Notes: generated from the letters alone by a model not told the origin. Positions 1 through 12,041 are shown, counted from the first letter of the stretch. The stretch is DNA of 64,000 nucleotides from Eledone cirrhosa (GCA_964016885.1 OZ024740.1:319486001-319550000), one strand, 5' to 3'. Numbers and translations: made by a program.

Positions 1-2825
1 CCCTGGGGCCGAGGACACCAGAAGTCTCCACTGCCAGGAGTGCGACCGCTATTTGGGGAGTTTGGCCCCCTCAGCCCGACGTTCAGCAGAACCTGGGTCA
101 GTCGCAGACTGCTTCAGGTTGCGGCTGCAGAAAGTGTCGGTGCAAGTCGCATCCCAGACGAGGGGTTTGTCACCGCGGAACGGGAAGATGGTCATGCCAT
201 CTGGCTTTTTGCCGTCCCCTCGATCCAGCCCCACCAGCTCGAGCTGGGAAAGGAAGCCTGCAGCGTCCAAGCCATGTTTAATGACCTCGTTGAGGGCAGC
301 ATGGCGTGGAATTCGGCCGGCTCTGTGGCGACAGGAAAGCGGTTGGAGGCCGCAAGAGAAGACGGTGGAACCGCATCGAAATTGGTGTGGCTGGCAGATA
401 CGGAGGCCGAGCCTCAGGGAAACGCCGATTCGCAGGCTATGGTTGTCTAGCTGCGTGCCACTGGAGAAGGAGGGCAGGGCATGGAGCCAGGCATAACTGT
501 ACGGTTTGGAGGCCGCACGAAAACAAGCAAGGCGGTGCTGGGGGGACTTGACGTCAATAAGGGGAGAAGGAGGGGGGACGTCTACTGGGCTAAGTCCCAG
601 CCGGTTCCACATCTCACAGGCGGCCTCACGTTCTCTGAACACAGAGAGTTCTGTTGTGTTCTGAAGAACCCTGCTGACGAGGACGCGGTACGAGGTTACC
701 GACGAAAGATACGCAGGAAAAGCTAGTGAGATCGAGGACCGGAGGCCAAGGCCACCATACCGGACAGTTAAAGTGGCCTGATGCGACCCTATGTCGTCAA
801 ACTTGACGTTGCATATCCTCTCGGCTGCTGCTCGGATACAAGTATCGAGGTCAGCGAGGAGAGATGTCTGGGTGTAACATGGAGCGCTGCGGTGTGTATA
901 GAGGAGCTTCGGAATGGCGAAGCAGTTTCTCAGCAGAAAGAGAGATGAGTGGCCGTCAATCAAGCCCAGTCGGCTCGTGAGAGTCTGGAGCTGTTGAAGA
1001 CTGGACCTGATGGTGGAGCGGATGGCCGGCGGGTGGATCGGTGACCCGAGGATGAGGACATCCTCTTTGGGGGTCACCTGAACCTGGCGGAGAATGGACC
1101 GCACGTCCAAGACGGAGGCTGCAAAGCTCGCAGCATCGAGGCTGACGTTCACCACCTCCGACTTGGCCGAGTTGACCTGGATGCCGATTCCCGTCAGGGC
1201 AGGACCCACGATTGAAGGTCATGGCAGATCGTCTGTACGGGCCCACCCAACGTAGCATCATCCAGATACCAAACGTTGAGAGGGGGCCTGATACTCCGGG
1301 CGATGTGGTCAATATCAAGGGCGAACAGGAGGGGTCCCAAAGGGTCGCCCTGTTGGACCCCAGTAGCGGAGGGTATGACCGTATCAACACCAAGGAGCAT
1401 GTTCGGAGCTCCATATGACAGGTAGACTGGTGGGTAGGCAGAGGGGGCTCGGCTAAGGCAGGCCTCGAGCAGATGATCCCGGCGTAAAGAGTCAAGCTTG
1501 ACAATGAGGTGCCTGGAGACCCTGGATGCCGGTTCCGATGGGCAGCTGTTGAAGAACTGCATTGTTGCATGAGCGGCCCCCTCACGACCACCGGACACGC
1601 TGACACCCAGTTGCACCGGACTAAACTCCTCACCCAGTTCGTGTGTTACGGACTTGTATATCATCTTGGCAGCCAGCCTCCGGAAGACATTGCCCACAGC
1701 AATGGAGCGTATGCCACCCTCTTTTTTCCTGAGAGCGGTGAGGCTGGCCGAAAAAAGAGGCCTCGGGCGTAAGGGTCCAAGGCACCATGGATGAGCCTAT
1801 TGGTGAGTGCCACAATTGCACCCAGAAGGCGGTGCCCGGCCTCAGTGGAGAGGGGGGTGTCAACTTCTTGAGGTGGCCTGGTCGGAGACCATCAACACCT
1901 CCGCAGCTGCTAGCTGGGTAGGACCTGATGGCGAACATGATGTCTGCATTAGTATCCACAAGGAGCAAGTGGGGTCGGGTGGGGGTATGGGTCTGAGATC
2001 AGTGGGTGGCTCAGGGTGTTTGAGCCGCAGAGCAGCCAGGACCTCTTCAGTGAGTTGGAGGACAGTGTCCTCTGAGGAAACAACTCTGACTGCGGCCGAT
2101 ACATCACCCATGATAAGCTTGGCGTTTACCTGGTCACGCAAACGCTTGGCGCTGGCCTCGGGTGAGGAGGATAGGAGGTACCTGAGGGTGGGGTGTGTGG
2201 CGTCTCTGGGAACGCTTGGAATGGGCGCTCGCCCAAAGGATGAGACATTGGCCTTGATGAAGGCTGCTGTTGACCAGCCGCCCCGGTTAGCGCCAGAGCT
2301 GGGGAAGCCGAGGACGAGTGGGGAGAAATAGAACAGCCGCTCCCAGTCAGTGGCTCGATTGGAGTCTAGGGTGCTCTCAATCGAGGAAGCGAGGGCATCG
2401 GCTACCGGCATCCGTGCCGCTCTTGGGATCCTGAGTGGGATCTTCCGGAGCCACCTGACCCGAGCGATGTTGACCAGCGAGGCTCGGGCGTCAGGCAAGC
2501 TCGCTGTCCCATCCGATGGTGTGCAAGACGGCCGTGGCTGGGAAGACGTGAGAAAGAGGCAGCTCCTGCACCTCCATGCTGCGAGGGCATTGGAAGCTCG
2601 ATGAGTCAAGCCAATGCAGGTGAGGTGGTGGAAGCAGCCGCGCCCCAAACAGTGCCGGCCCCTCTTCCGTTTGTTAGTGGTGCTGCAAGTGCTGCAGGTG
2701 TCGGCTTGGAGGGGTGGGGGATGGGGCGTGGCGCCGGGGACTGGGGCACCGAGCGGCATCAGGGGTGGGTGGCTGGCGTGTGTGGGTGGAAGGGAAAGTG
2801 CTGGTAAGAGGGCCTCATAGTTCAC
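1..2825 (-). mobile_element. CRE-clade (RLE-type) non-LTR retrotransposon with a frameshifted ORF: PHD finger, RT and restriction-like endonuclease; runs off the window start
   Basis: ORF 1860-2825 has a PHD-like Cys/His cluster (CSTC...HCLGRGCFHHLTC...WRCRSC). ORF 1194-1697 has RT motifs QQGDPLGPLLF and WYLDD. ORF 49-1209 has the RLE signature RHAALN...KKPDGMT...WDATCTD. LAVETSGVLG continues at 1-40. The block is GC-rich and broken by frameshifts. Confidence 0.9.
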
Positions 2826-4269
2826 CTATATATATGGAGGTGCCAGAAAACAAGAGAGAAAAGAAGGGGCGCTGCAGGTGAGTCACTGATGCTGGGGTTG
2901 GCTTCCTCTTGTTAATGGTAGAGTTGTTGTTGTTAATGACACTGTTGTCGTCGTTGCCTTCCTCTTGTTAATGGTGAAGATATAGAGCGAAATACAAAAT
3001 GCACCAGCAGACAATTATATAAAAAAAGTATATAGAAATAAAGTTAACATTTCTGTCTGGGATATAAGTATTTGTTTTACATTTTCGCAAACATCGTAAC
3101 GATATTCTCAATGGACGTGCTGACAATATTTGAATGTAACTGAACCGTCGTGTCATTTAACTTGAAAAGTGGAGCAAAGTAAAAGGAGAATAGTGAATTT
3201 GGAGTGTCAATCCCTTGTGTTCTTTTGTTTTGTTTTTTTGTTTTTTTTTCCACTTCCAGGATTTATAGACTCATTTGTGTTTATTTTTCCTTCAAAAGGA
3301 TGGAGGCGTTTTATCTCCTCATGAAACTGACATAACTAAATGATGTTCGTCATCTATGGCTTATTCATATGTATTATTTCATAACTCTATAGAACGTTTA
3401 GAATGTTTGTGCAGTATTCTGTGTCCAGCCAGGTTTGTACAACAGGTAGGAAAAATGATGATTCGGTTTCTTCTGATAGGAGCCTCTTCCACATCAGAAG
3501 ATCGAAGTATGTTTTCTTGTCTTCTTCAATACTTTCATAAACGGCTTCGGAGATTTAAAATTTATGTTTCCATTGGTGCTTCCATTTCCACACGGTTCTA
3601 CTCGGGAATTACCAGTAGATCTCATAAAACACTGTGATCTAATTTGCTTGTTGTTTATGTGAAATGTGTGGTCAGCGAATATTTCAGTCGTTGAAGGTAT
3701 ATGAAAAAATGATGTGTAGAATAATTCAATATTTACAAAAAATGTGTGGTTCTCATTCCCTGCCTTCTGCGGTAAAATCTTGCTTTGGTTAACTTATTCT
3801 CTTAGGGTCGGTAAATATATTACCAGTGTATAGGCATAATTGTTATAACGTTGGACATGATAGTAAGTGGATCCTTTTTAGTCCTTTACCATAAAATAAT
3901 ATAGTATGCAATACGTCAATATTCCCAATAGGACAAGACATCTAAGACAATGGTGAGATTAGATTAAATCATAAGAAACCAAATATTTACCAATAGAAAA
4001 GGAACGCCGTTTTCAAAACCTTATGCATGGATATTGACGGATTCTGAACAAGATTTCCACAAAGATCAAAACGTTAACTGTTTCATGGTTAAATGGTTCA
4101 TCTCCTTCGATCTATAATATTGTATATATTTTGTAGCTTAATGGCTATAAATTATTGTTTTGTCTTTCATCTTTGGCATTATGCAATGTTTTGGCTATTT
4201 ACGAAGTTTTGCAGGGTTATGTTAATTTCGAGGTATTTTCCCAGTATGCACTGTTGTGGCTATTTACGA

Positions 4270-4478
4270 AGGTACCCCCAAACCCCGCGAATCTCGGGAA
4301 TCCGGGGTCAGATTTTCGCGGAACTTGTTTTATTCAATTTGTATTCCCATTTCAGAGGCAACTTGCTTTCAAAGTATTTACCCATTATGCGCCCTTTTGG
4401 CTGTATTACATAACAGACAAGCAAGCACGCAAGCAAGCACGCAAGATCAGAGTTTTAGTAGTATATAGATAGATAGAT
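4270..4478 (-). mobile_element. Probable 5' end of a non-autonomous Helitron/HINE-like element
   Basis: The minus strand starts TCTATCTATATACTACTAAAAC followed by short (GCTT/GCGT) repeats, the same architecture as the Helitron 5' ends at 14129 and 23621. The 3' end was not located. Confidence 0.4.
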
Positions 4479-4569
4479 GTACGCCTTATTGTTAGAAAAT
4501 CCTTGGTTATTATAATAAAGGCTTCAACCTCTAAAAGAGATAGATATTAATAAAGGCATATAATCATTT

Positions 4570-4985
4570 TTATGCAGGGGTTCCTTGAGACATGAAAACT
4601 ATTTCAAGGGTTCCACAAGGATAAAAAGGTTGAGAAACGGCATATTGTTGGAGAAACCTTGCTTATTACAAGAAAGACTTTAGCTATATATAAAAGAAAT
4701 ATATATTAATAATAGTATATAATTGTTTCTACATTAGGTACAAGGCCAGCAATTATCCCAGTCAGTGTATTACTGGTACTTTATTTTATCGACCCCGTAA
4801 GGATGAAAGGCAAAGTTATCCTCGGCGGGATTTGAACTCAAACCATAAAGGGCCGTAATTCTTTGCTGCAAAGCATGGCGTCCGACCTTCTACCGATTCT
4901 GCCAAATGATGTTTATACAGGAGTTCCCTGAGACATGAAAACTAATTCAAGCGTTCCACAAGGCAAAAATGTTTGAGAAACGCTG
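4570..4985 (+). repeat. Two direct copies (about 4570-4640 and 4911-4985) of a hAT-like MITE terminus, flanking a SINE
   Basis: CAGG(G/A)GTTCC(T/C)TGAGACATGAAAACTA...TTGAGAAACG occurs twice. Its end resembles the GTTGAGAAC TIR of the MITE at 7521-8386. Confidence 0.45.
4725..4905 (-). mobile_element. tRNA-derived SINE, family 1
   Basis: Reverse complement of the consensus TGGCAG.ATCGGTAGA...GAGTTCAAATCCCGCCGAGG...TTTGCCTTTCATCCTTACGGGGTCGATAAAATAAAGTACCAG, which occurs about 20 times in the window. Confidence 0.85.
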
Positions 4986-5504
4986 CGCTAAACCATTGAA
5001 CAGTATATTCCGTATTACACATATCGTACAACGCCAGAGTATATTACATAGTAGTATATTACCGTATAATACATTATTCTATGACTACTTTTGTCATAAG
5101 ATATTTCGGAATACCAAACCATTCTCCACTGCACTACTTTATATTACGTAATCTCATATCAGAAAATGTAATCTCCCTCGCCACGTACTTTACCACACCC
5201 TAATGTTATCATTGCATAACAGATCACCCTGCCATCCAACATTCCCATACACAACGTCCCACACTAATCCGTACTACTACCCCATAGAAGAATACACAGA
5301 TCAACAACAACATCCTACCACCTTTTATACCTCCACAATATCTCGGTATTTGTTAATAACAAATGTAATCCCGATTTTGGCTTGTGGTGGTAAATGGGCT
5401 AACCGGATGCTATAAATATATATATATGCAACAACATGCGTACATTCATAAATACACACACACACAAACTCACTCACACAAACTCACTCACACACACAAA
5501 CTCA

Positions 5505-5586
<82 letters not shown>

Positions 5587-5696
5587 CATATGTATATATA
5601 TATATGTGTGTGTGTGTATATATATTTATATAAATATGTGCGTGTATGTATATATATATGTATGTATGTGTGTGTATGTCTGTATACACACACACA

Positions 5697-5737
<41 letters not shown>

Positions 5738-6149
5738 ATATATATTCTGAGACCTCCACTTGTTGTTTACCATTATTAGCTGGCAGCAGCTGCACTGCGC
5801 AGTTTGCCAGTTAAAACGAGTTAATATGTTGAAGAATACCAATGAAATGGTGGCCTAAGATCTTAGCAGGAATCTAGGTCTAATAACCATAGATATTCAC
5901 ATTCCAGGCCTATATACTATTTCTGTTGATTCATTGCATTCACGAAATAAGACCGATTCAGATGCATGCTAGAGGCCATTAACACCAAAACCTTCCGGAC
6001 TGATGTAAACAGTCACTGACTAGCTCACTCACTCATTGACTAGCTCACTCACATCATTCGGTTTCACCCTCCCCCTTCTCTCTCTCTCTTTCACACACAC
6101 ACACATCACATTGTATATATATATATATATACACACACACACAAGCACA

Positions 6150-6201
<52 letters not shown>

Positions 6202-6219
6202 ACAATTTCTATACCTTTC

Positions 6220-6267
<48 letters not shown>

Positions 6268-6280
6268 CTAAAATGTGAGT

Positions 6281-6343
6281 CTTGTTATTCTGGAGTTTCG
6301 CTTGTTTATCAGACAAGGGCATCAGACAAGGTCATCAGACAAG
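6281..6343 (-). ncRNA. Degenerate hammerhead ribozyme motif with a locally triplicated core
   Basis: Minus strand: CTTGT-CTGATGA-ccttgtctgatgcccttgtctgataaacaagc-GAAAC-tccaga-ATA-ACAAG. Stem I is CTTGT/ACAAG. Confidence 0.5.
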
Positions 6344-6375
6344 AATAATATTGAGTACTCCTTTTTCTCAGCCGT

Positions 6376-6454
<79 letters not shown>

Positions 6455-6497
6455 TAACAATAGTAATAATTGGAAAATATCACTGTAGCATCATATT

Positions 6498-6557
6498 TAT
6501 TTTATTATACATATTTCAAGGATACTAAATTGTAGTATGCTTTCATCAGATAAAATA
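6498..6557 (-). ncRNA. Minimal type I hammerhead ribozyme, intact core
   Basis: Minus strand: TATTTTAT-CTGATGA-AAGcATACTAcaattTAGTATcCTT-GAAA-T-atgt-ATA-ATAAAATA. It has an 8-bp stem I, a 9-bp stem II with one mismatch and an AUA cleavage triplet. Confidence 0.8.
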
Positions 6558-6666
6558 CAATATTTGATGTATAAGAAATGTTGAGATTCTGTTTCACATA
6601 CCCATTGTAAGCTGACGTCGGAAGTTTATACCTTTGGTATGTCACTATTTTATACATCAAATATTG

Positions 6667-6726
6667 TATTTTATCTAATGAAAGCATACTATAATTTAGT
6701 ATCCCTGAAATATGTATAATAAAATA
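6667..6726 (+). ncRNA. Inverted second copy of the same hammerhead, core mutated to CUAAUGA
   Basis: TATTTTAT-CTAATGA-aagcatactataatttagtatccct-GAAA-tatgt-ATA-ATAAAATA. It is the right arm of an approximately 120-bp inverted repeat (about 6453-6572 and 6649-6772). Confidence 0.7.
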
Positions 6727-6863
6727 AATATGATGCTTAATGATATTTTCCATTTATTACTATTGTTAATATTTTAATACTCCAGATAAATTTTTTCAGT
6801 AGAGTGGTTCATATTTGTTATGAACATAACTCTGTTGAATATTCATCAACAAAGTATATAACT

Positions 6864-6896
<33 letters not shown>

Positions 6897-6897
<1 letters not shown>

Positions 6898-7065
6898 GAA
6901 CGAGTAGGACCCCGACGGCTGAGTTCAAGTCGTTTCGACGGCCTATTCTATCCAGAATTAGCCGTCGAAACGGCTTGAGCTCAGCCGTCGGGGTCCTACT
7001 CGTTCCAAGTATTGAGTACTTTGGTGCGTTATGGTCCACCTGGTTCCTTACCACATTTCCTTCGT
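6897..7065 (+). repeat. Hairpin mini-element in (TA)n; related truncated copy at 21114-21230
   Basis: Arms 6897-6949 and 6954-7006 are near-perfect inverted repeats. The tail GAGTACT.TGGTG...ATGGTCCACCTGGT...CTTACCA is shared with 21180-21219. Confidence 0.75.
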
Positions 7066-7520
7066 TATATATATATATATATATAGAAGGAAATGGTAGT
7101 TTACTTGAAGTATTGCGTAGTTAGGTATAAACGTTTGGAGTTAGAAGGCCAGAACAATGCAGGTATGGATATAGAATATAAATACAAATGCAAAAGATAT
7201 TGCTGACAATTAGTTCCTTTACCTTAAATTTATTTGTATATCCTGATATTTCGAGATAATATCTCTTCATTTGAGGGAAGTAAAGGGGTTAATCCAGTGT
7301 TCTAATTAGCTTGCCAAGTCATGCTGACAGGAAATAGTATAGAAATTCCATTCTATTTCTAATGTCAAAGAGTGAAGGTTAGGTGGATAAAAGTTGTCTC
7401 CCTTTAAAAGGGTTTGGACATGTATGTCTAAGTGTGTGTATGCGTGTGCGAGAGAGTACGTGAAAGTGTAAGCATGCGTATCTGTGTGCGTGTGTGAGTG
7501 TGAGAGGATATGCTCTAACA

Positions 7521-8386
7521 CAAAGGTTCTCAACGGGGGGCATATGCACCCCCGGGGGGCGTTTCGGAACTCCAGGGGGGAGTTTAGGAGTAAGGTCGCG
7601 TTAGGGGGGGGGGGGCGTTTGGATCTGGGGTAGGGGTGTTAGGGGGCGCTGGAAGGCTCTTTATTTTGGTAAGTTTTATAAGCCATATTTGTATGTCTTT
7701 GAGACAGCCAGTGTGAATGCATTTGAATGAGCTTGCATAACTATAGTCTGACCGCAGCTGTGAGCAAGTGTGCAGCATGTCCGGTAATTGAGACGTTAAC
7801 CGGTAATTGAGATCCTAAAAATGGAAAAACCCACAGTCAACTGGGTCAAAGACACTTTGGGCATCCAGTTAGAATCTTATATTTCCTTCACCGATAACAA
7901 TCTATTTCATGTCTGAAATTATTGACTCAACTGCAACGAGTTAACACTATGTAGATCTATTTTATTCCCTATTGTATAATTAATATTACAAATAAAAAAA
8001 AAAGAAAAGAAAAACAGAAGCGAGTAGAACACACATCTAGGACCACATACAACACATAATCAGGTAATACACACATCTAGGACCACATACAACACATAAT
8101 CAGGTAATACACACATCTAGGACCACATACAACACATAATCAGGTAATACACACATCTAGGACCACATACAACACATAATCAGGTAATACACACATCTAG
8201 GACCACATACAACACATAATCAGATAATACACACAACTTTGGAATATTGTTGATCAATTTTTTAGTAATCTACTGATATAAAAATCAATAGTATATTGAA
8301 AAATGGAAAAATAAGGGGGGGGGGAGCGTTTCGTGATTTTGAGGGACAAAAGGGGGCGTTTGGCCTAAATGGGTTGAGAACCTGTG
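7521..8386. mobile_element. hAT-superfamily non-autonomous DNA transposon (MITE)
   Basis: TIRs CAAAGGTTCTCAAC and GTTGAGAACCTGTG, with an exact 8-bp TSD CTCTAACA at 7513-7520 and 8387-8394. Confidence 0.85.
8030..8234 (+). repeat. 40-bp minisatellite, 5 copies, inside the hAT MITE
   Basis: The unit ACACACATCTAGGACCACATACAACACATAATCAGGTAAT is repeated almost identically. Confidence 0.95.
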
Positions 8387-8417
8387 CTCTAACATGTTAA
8401 AACTAGTTTATGTGTGT

Positions 8418-8448
<31 letters not shown>

Positions 8449-9095
8449 AGAATAAGTAAAGGTGTAAGCGTGCGTGTGTGTGAGTGTGAGAGGATACTCA
8501 CATTCACACATGTTAAAAATTGGGTGTTGAGTTCTAGTCTATAATTGATTGGTGGTTGCGTTTTATCTATAATTAGTGCTTCTTTAATTCTAAGATTGCC
8601 GAGGTTTCTTTCCTTAGCTTCTATCCTAACTATTATGTTTTTGTCGGTGTTTTTGCATTTCACTAGGTGTTTCTTAAATGAGGAAGCATTAGTGTTGAGG
8701 TGTTCTTTTATTCTAATGTCAAGTGGTCTGGTGGTGTTACCTATGTAGAAATTGTTGCATGTGTCGCACTCTAATCTGTATACGACGTAAGCCTGGTGGC
8801 ATAGGTCTGTGTCGTCGATGGGGCAGTTGGCCAGCGTGCAGCGGCTGTCATGCGTGTTGGAGTGTCTCTTGGTTAGCTGTCCGCGTAGAGAATGTCCCGA
8901 GTGGGCTAGCTGGATATCTAGTCCCTCTCATCTGATAGCTCTGCGGATGGCTATTGTAGTTTCGTGTGGGAGCTTCAGGAAGCAGGTCTTAGTGCTTCGG
9001 GTGTGGTGTCCTCTGTTGTTTCTGGCACGGTTCGTGGTGGACGTCGGGTATCCGTTCAGTTTAAGTACTTCCAGGAAGTGGGTGGTGTGTGTGTG

Positions 9096-9226
9096 CTTGG
9101 ATGCGTCCATAGACGGTATGCCAGTTGAGCACTCTATGCTCCTTCAGAGCAGAGTATAGTAATATGGAAAACGAAGAATCAGTGATGCATCGGAACACAA
9201 TGTATTAGCTTATTACAATTGTTTCT
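9096..9226 (-). repeat. 5'-truncated copy of the hammerhead-tail family (homologous to 10956-11090 and 17441-17580)
   Basis: Minus strand GAAACAATTGTA...GATGCATCACTGATT...TACTCTGCTC..GAGCATAGAGTG...GGCATACCGTCTATGGA aligns by eye with the other copies. Confidence 0.7.
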
Positions 9227-9237
9227 TGGTTAACGTA

Positions 9238-10320
9238 GGAGTTCTTGGTTAACGTAGGAGGTATTGTTTCGTTTTTAGAAAGACCTTTCACGCTGAGGTG
9301 CGCTTGTCAAACTGATGTGTATGTGGTGTGTTGTTCTATATATAGGGATTTAACATGTCTGTGGTGTGGTGGGGGTTTCTTTTCTCCCCCTTTAATAAGA
9401 GCATGTGTGTGTGTGTATACACGTGCGTGTGTGTGTGTGCGTGTATGTGTGTGTGTGTGTGTATGTGTGTGTGTCTGTATGTGTATATATGTATATTTAG
9501 TTATGTATCTTTATGTGTGTATATGTATGTATATGTATGTATGTATATGTATGTATATGTGTATATATATATATATGTGTGTGTGTGTATATATATATGT
9601 GTGTGTGTATGTGTGTGTATGTGTATATGTATGTATGTGTATATATATATATATATGTATGTATGTATATGTGTATATGTATGTGTATATATATATATAT
9701 GTGTATACCCATGTGGAGGTATGAGTACATATTCGTGTGTGTACGTATGTGTATGTGTGTTTTTATATGTGTCTCTATATGTTTTTGTGTATGTATTTGT
9801 GCATGGGTGTGTGATTGATGGTGTGTGCCTATATATTCCTACATATGCCCGTGTGTGTATGTACGTATGTGCGTACATATGTGTGTGTTGAACAAAGGAC
9901 TAACTTTGGGATGGACGTAGAAAAATTCTTCAGGAAAATAAGAAAAAAATAATTATTCACAAACTTGACAGGTGCGATTTGCCTGTGACCATTCTCAACA
10001 CAAAAGCAATACTAAAAGCTTTTTCCCCTGAATAAAGGAATTTTTCGAGAATGACCGGGGCAGGCCGCACTTGCTACATTTGTCCCCACCCAACCCTACT
10101 CACCGTCTCAACTCATTACTGCTATGAACACTTTTTCAACACACCTACACCCATGCACTTATTAAAGGGGGAGAAAAGAAACCCCCACCACACCACAGAC
10201 ATGTTAAATCCCTATATATAGAACAACACACCACATACACATCAGTTTGACAAGCGCACCTCAGCGTGAAAGGTCTTTCTAAAAACGAAACAATACCTCC
10301 TACGTTAACCAAGAACTCCT
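9238..10320. repeat. About 160-bp essentially perfect inverted repeat (9238-9398 and 10158-10320) around a (TA/TG)-rich spacer
   Basis: GGAGTTCTTGGTTAACGTAGG...CCCCCTTTAATAAG is the reverse complement of CTTATTAAAGGGGG...CCTACGTTAACCAAGAACTCC. Confidence 0.9.
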
Positions 10321-10757
10321 AAGACCTAACCAACAACCAACAACTTAATTTATAAAATAATTTTTTTTAAGAAAAATTCTTTTTGGATTTTGTGAAGAAA
10401 ATAAATTTGTTGAAAGCACAAGTGAAGCCATTTTTTCTTCCCCCCTGTCTTAATATACCTAACTGTACCAAGGATTACACACATTTTCCAATATATATAT
10501 ATATATATGATATCAACTAATGAGAGCGTAGCAGTATTGTATCTATAAAGAGACATATGCAACATATGTATGCAAAGAAATCAAACTTTTTTTGCAGCTC
10601 TGTGTTTGAATTTACACGTCAATTTGTTGAAAAGGATATGGCTTGGACGCGAAACACCGAATGTGTGCGGTCCTGAATTATTTGACCTGTGTATTTAAAA
10701 ATAGATAACATCGATTTTTACACATCCCTGTTGATGAATATAAATATCTATCTATCC

Positions 10758-10954
<197 letters not shown>

Positions 10955-10955
10955 T

Positions 10956-11191
10956 CTGTTGGTAGCTAAGATGCTTCCATAGACGGTATGCCGGTTGTTC
11001 ACTCTATGTTCTGACAGAGTATGATATAATATAAAACGAAAAATCAGTGATGCATCTGAACTCAATTTATTGTGTGTTACAATTGTTTCGCCGACGGACA
11101 GCTCGAGACACGAAATCATTAGACGTGTCCGTCGAACCTGCGGATCCCGAATCAGACAGATCCACACAATGATCGTGTCTCGAGCTGTCCG
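10956..11191 (-). repeat. Hammerhead-tail family copy with a degenerate core and a partial inverted repeat
   Basis: Minus strand: TCTGT-CTGATTC...long stem...GAAAC-AATT-GTA-ACACA-caataaa. Inverted repeat at 11095-11120 and 11168-11191. Confidence 0.6.
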
Positions 11192-11335
11192 CTGTTTTAT
11201 ATATATATAGAAGCGGTAACACAACAGTTAGTTAACCATACTGAGAACAACTGTTTCACCTCAGCGGATCCTTAGTTCCGACTGGTCATGGTTATACGGA
11301 ATAGGAAGAACCTATTCCGTATAACCATGACCAGT

Positions 11336-11375
11336 CCAAGCTGAGGATCCGCTAAGGTGAAATAATTGTTCTCGG
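11336..11375 (+). ncRNA. Minimal hammerhead-like motif in the right arm of an approximately 98-bp hairpin (11208-11305 and 11311-11408)
   Basis: CCAAG-CTGAGGA-tCCgctaaGGt-GAAA-t-aatt-GTT-CTCGG. The left arm gives CTAAGGA...GAAACAGTTGTTCTCAG. Stem I has one mismatch. Confidence 0.6.
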
Positions 11376-11466
11376 TATGGTGAACTAACTGTTGTGTAAC
11401 CACTTCTACCTAACTCGTCCCATGGACTGAGTGCTCTACCATACGGATATTACCTTCCAGTGTTCA

Positions 11467-11534
<68 letters not shown>

Positions 11535-11918
11535 GTATATATATATATATATATGATATATATATAGTCTTCTTAAGTATTTTGAAGTGAAACCTACCAG
11601 GGATACCCGTAGAAGAGCACAGGAATAGTAACTTTCACTTAATTGTTGCGATACAAATTTAGAATTTGTCCGGGTATCACGGCCATTGCCAATATAGGTT
11701 TGTTTTTATTGATTTATTATTTTAAATCGAGACAGGCAAACCGTAATATTTTAAAATAGTATTTTTCAACCTAGCTAACTTGGTCATTTGCAATACGAAC
11801 ACATGTATACGTGTATCAGTGTTCATCCTTCGCATATATTTATTTGTATTACACGGCTCGGAAATATTCATTTCGTTGCGCTATTTAATTCTAAAAGACT
11901 ATTTTGAGTTTATAACTC

Positions 11919-12041
<123 letters not shown>

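Larger units (their letters stand above)
7120..9085 (-). mobile_element. 3' portion of a Penelope-like element (GIY-YIG endonuclease plus 3' UTR), interrupted by a hAT MITE
   Basis: The minus strand at about 8530-8790 translates YVVYRLECDTCNNFYIGNTTRPLDIRIKEHL...LRIKEALII (GIY-YIG). Upstream VLKLNGYP is typical of the PLE RT thumb/linker. Confidence 0.8.

Noticed and set aside
40-2820. Plus-strand ORFs overlapping the CRE element (and those over the Tx1 and CR1 LINEs)
   Set aside because: They are antisense shadows of GC-rich retroelement coding sequence.
7235-7280. Minus-strand ATGAAGAGATATTATCTCGAAATATC as the PLE hammerhead
   Set aside because: The position is plausible but the core and stem I are too degenerate to call.
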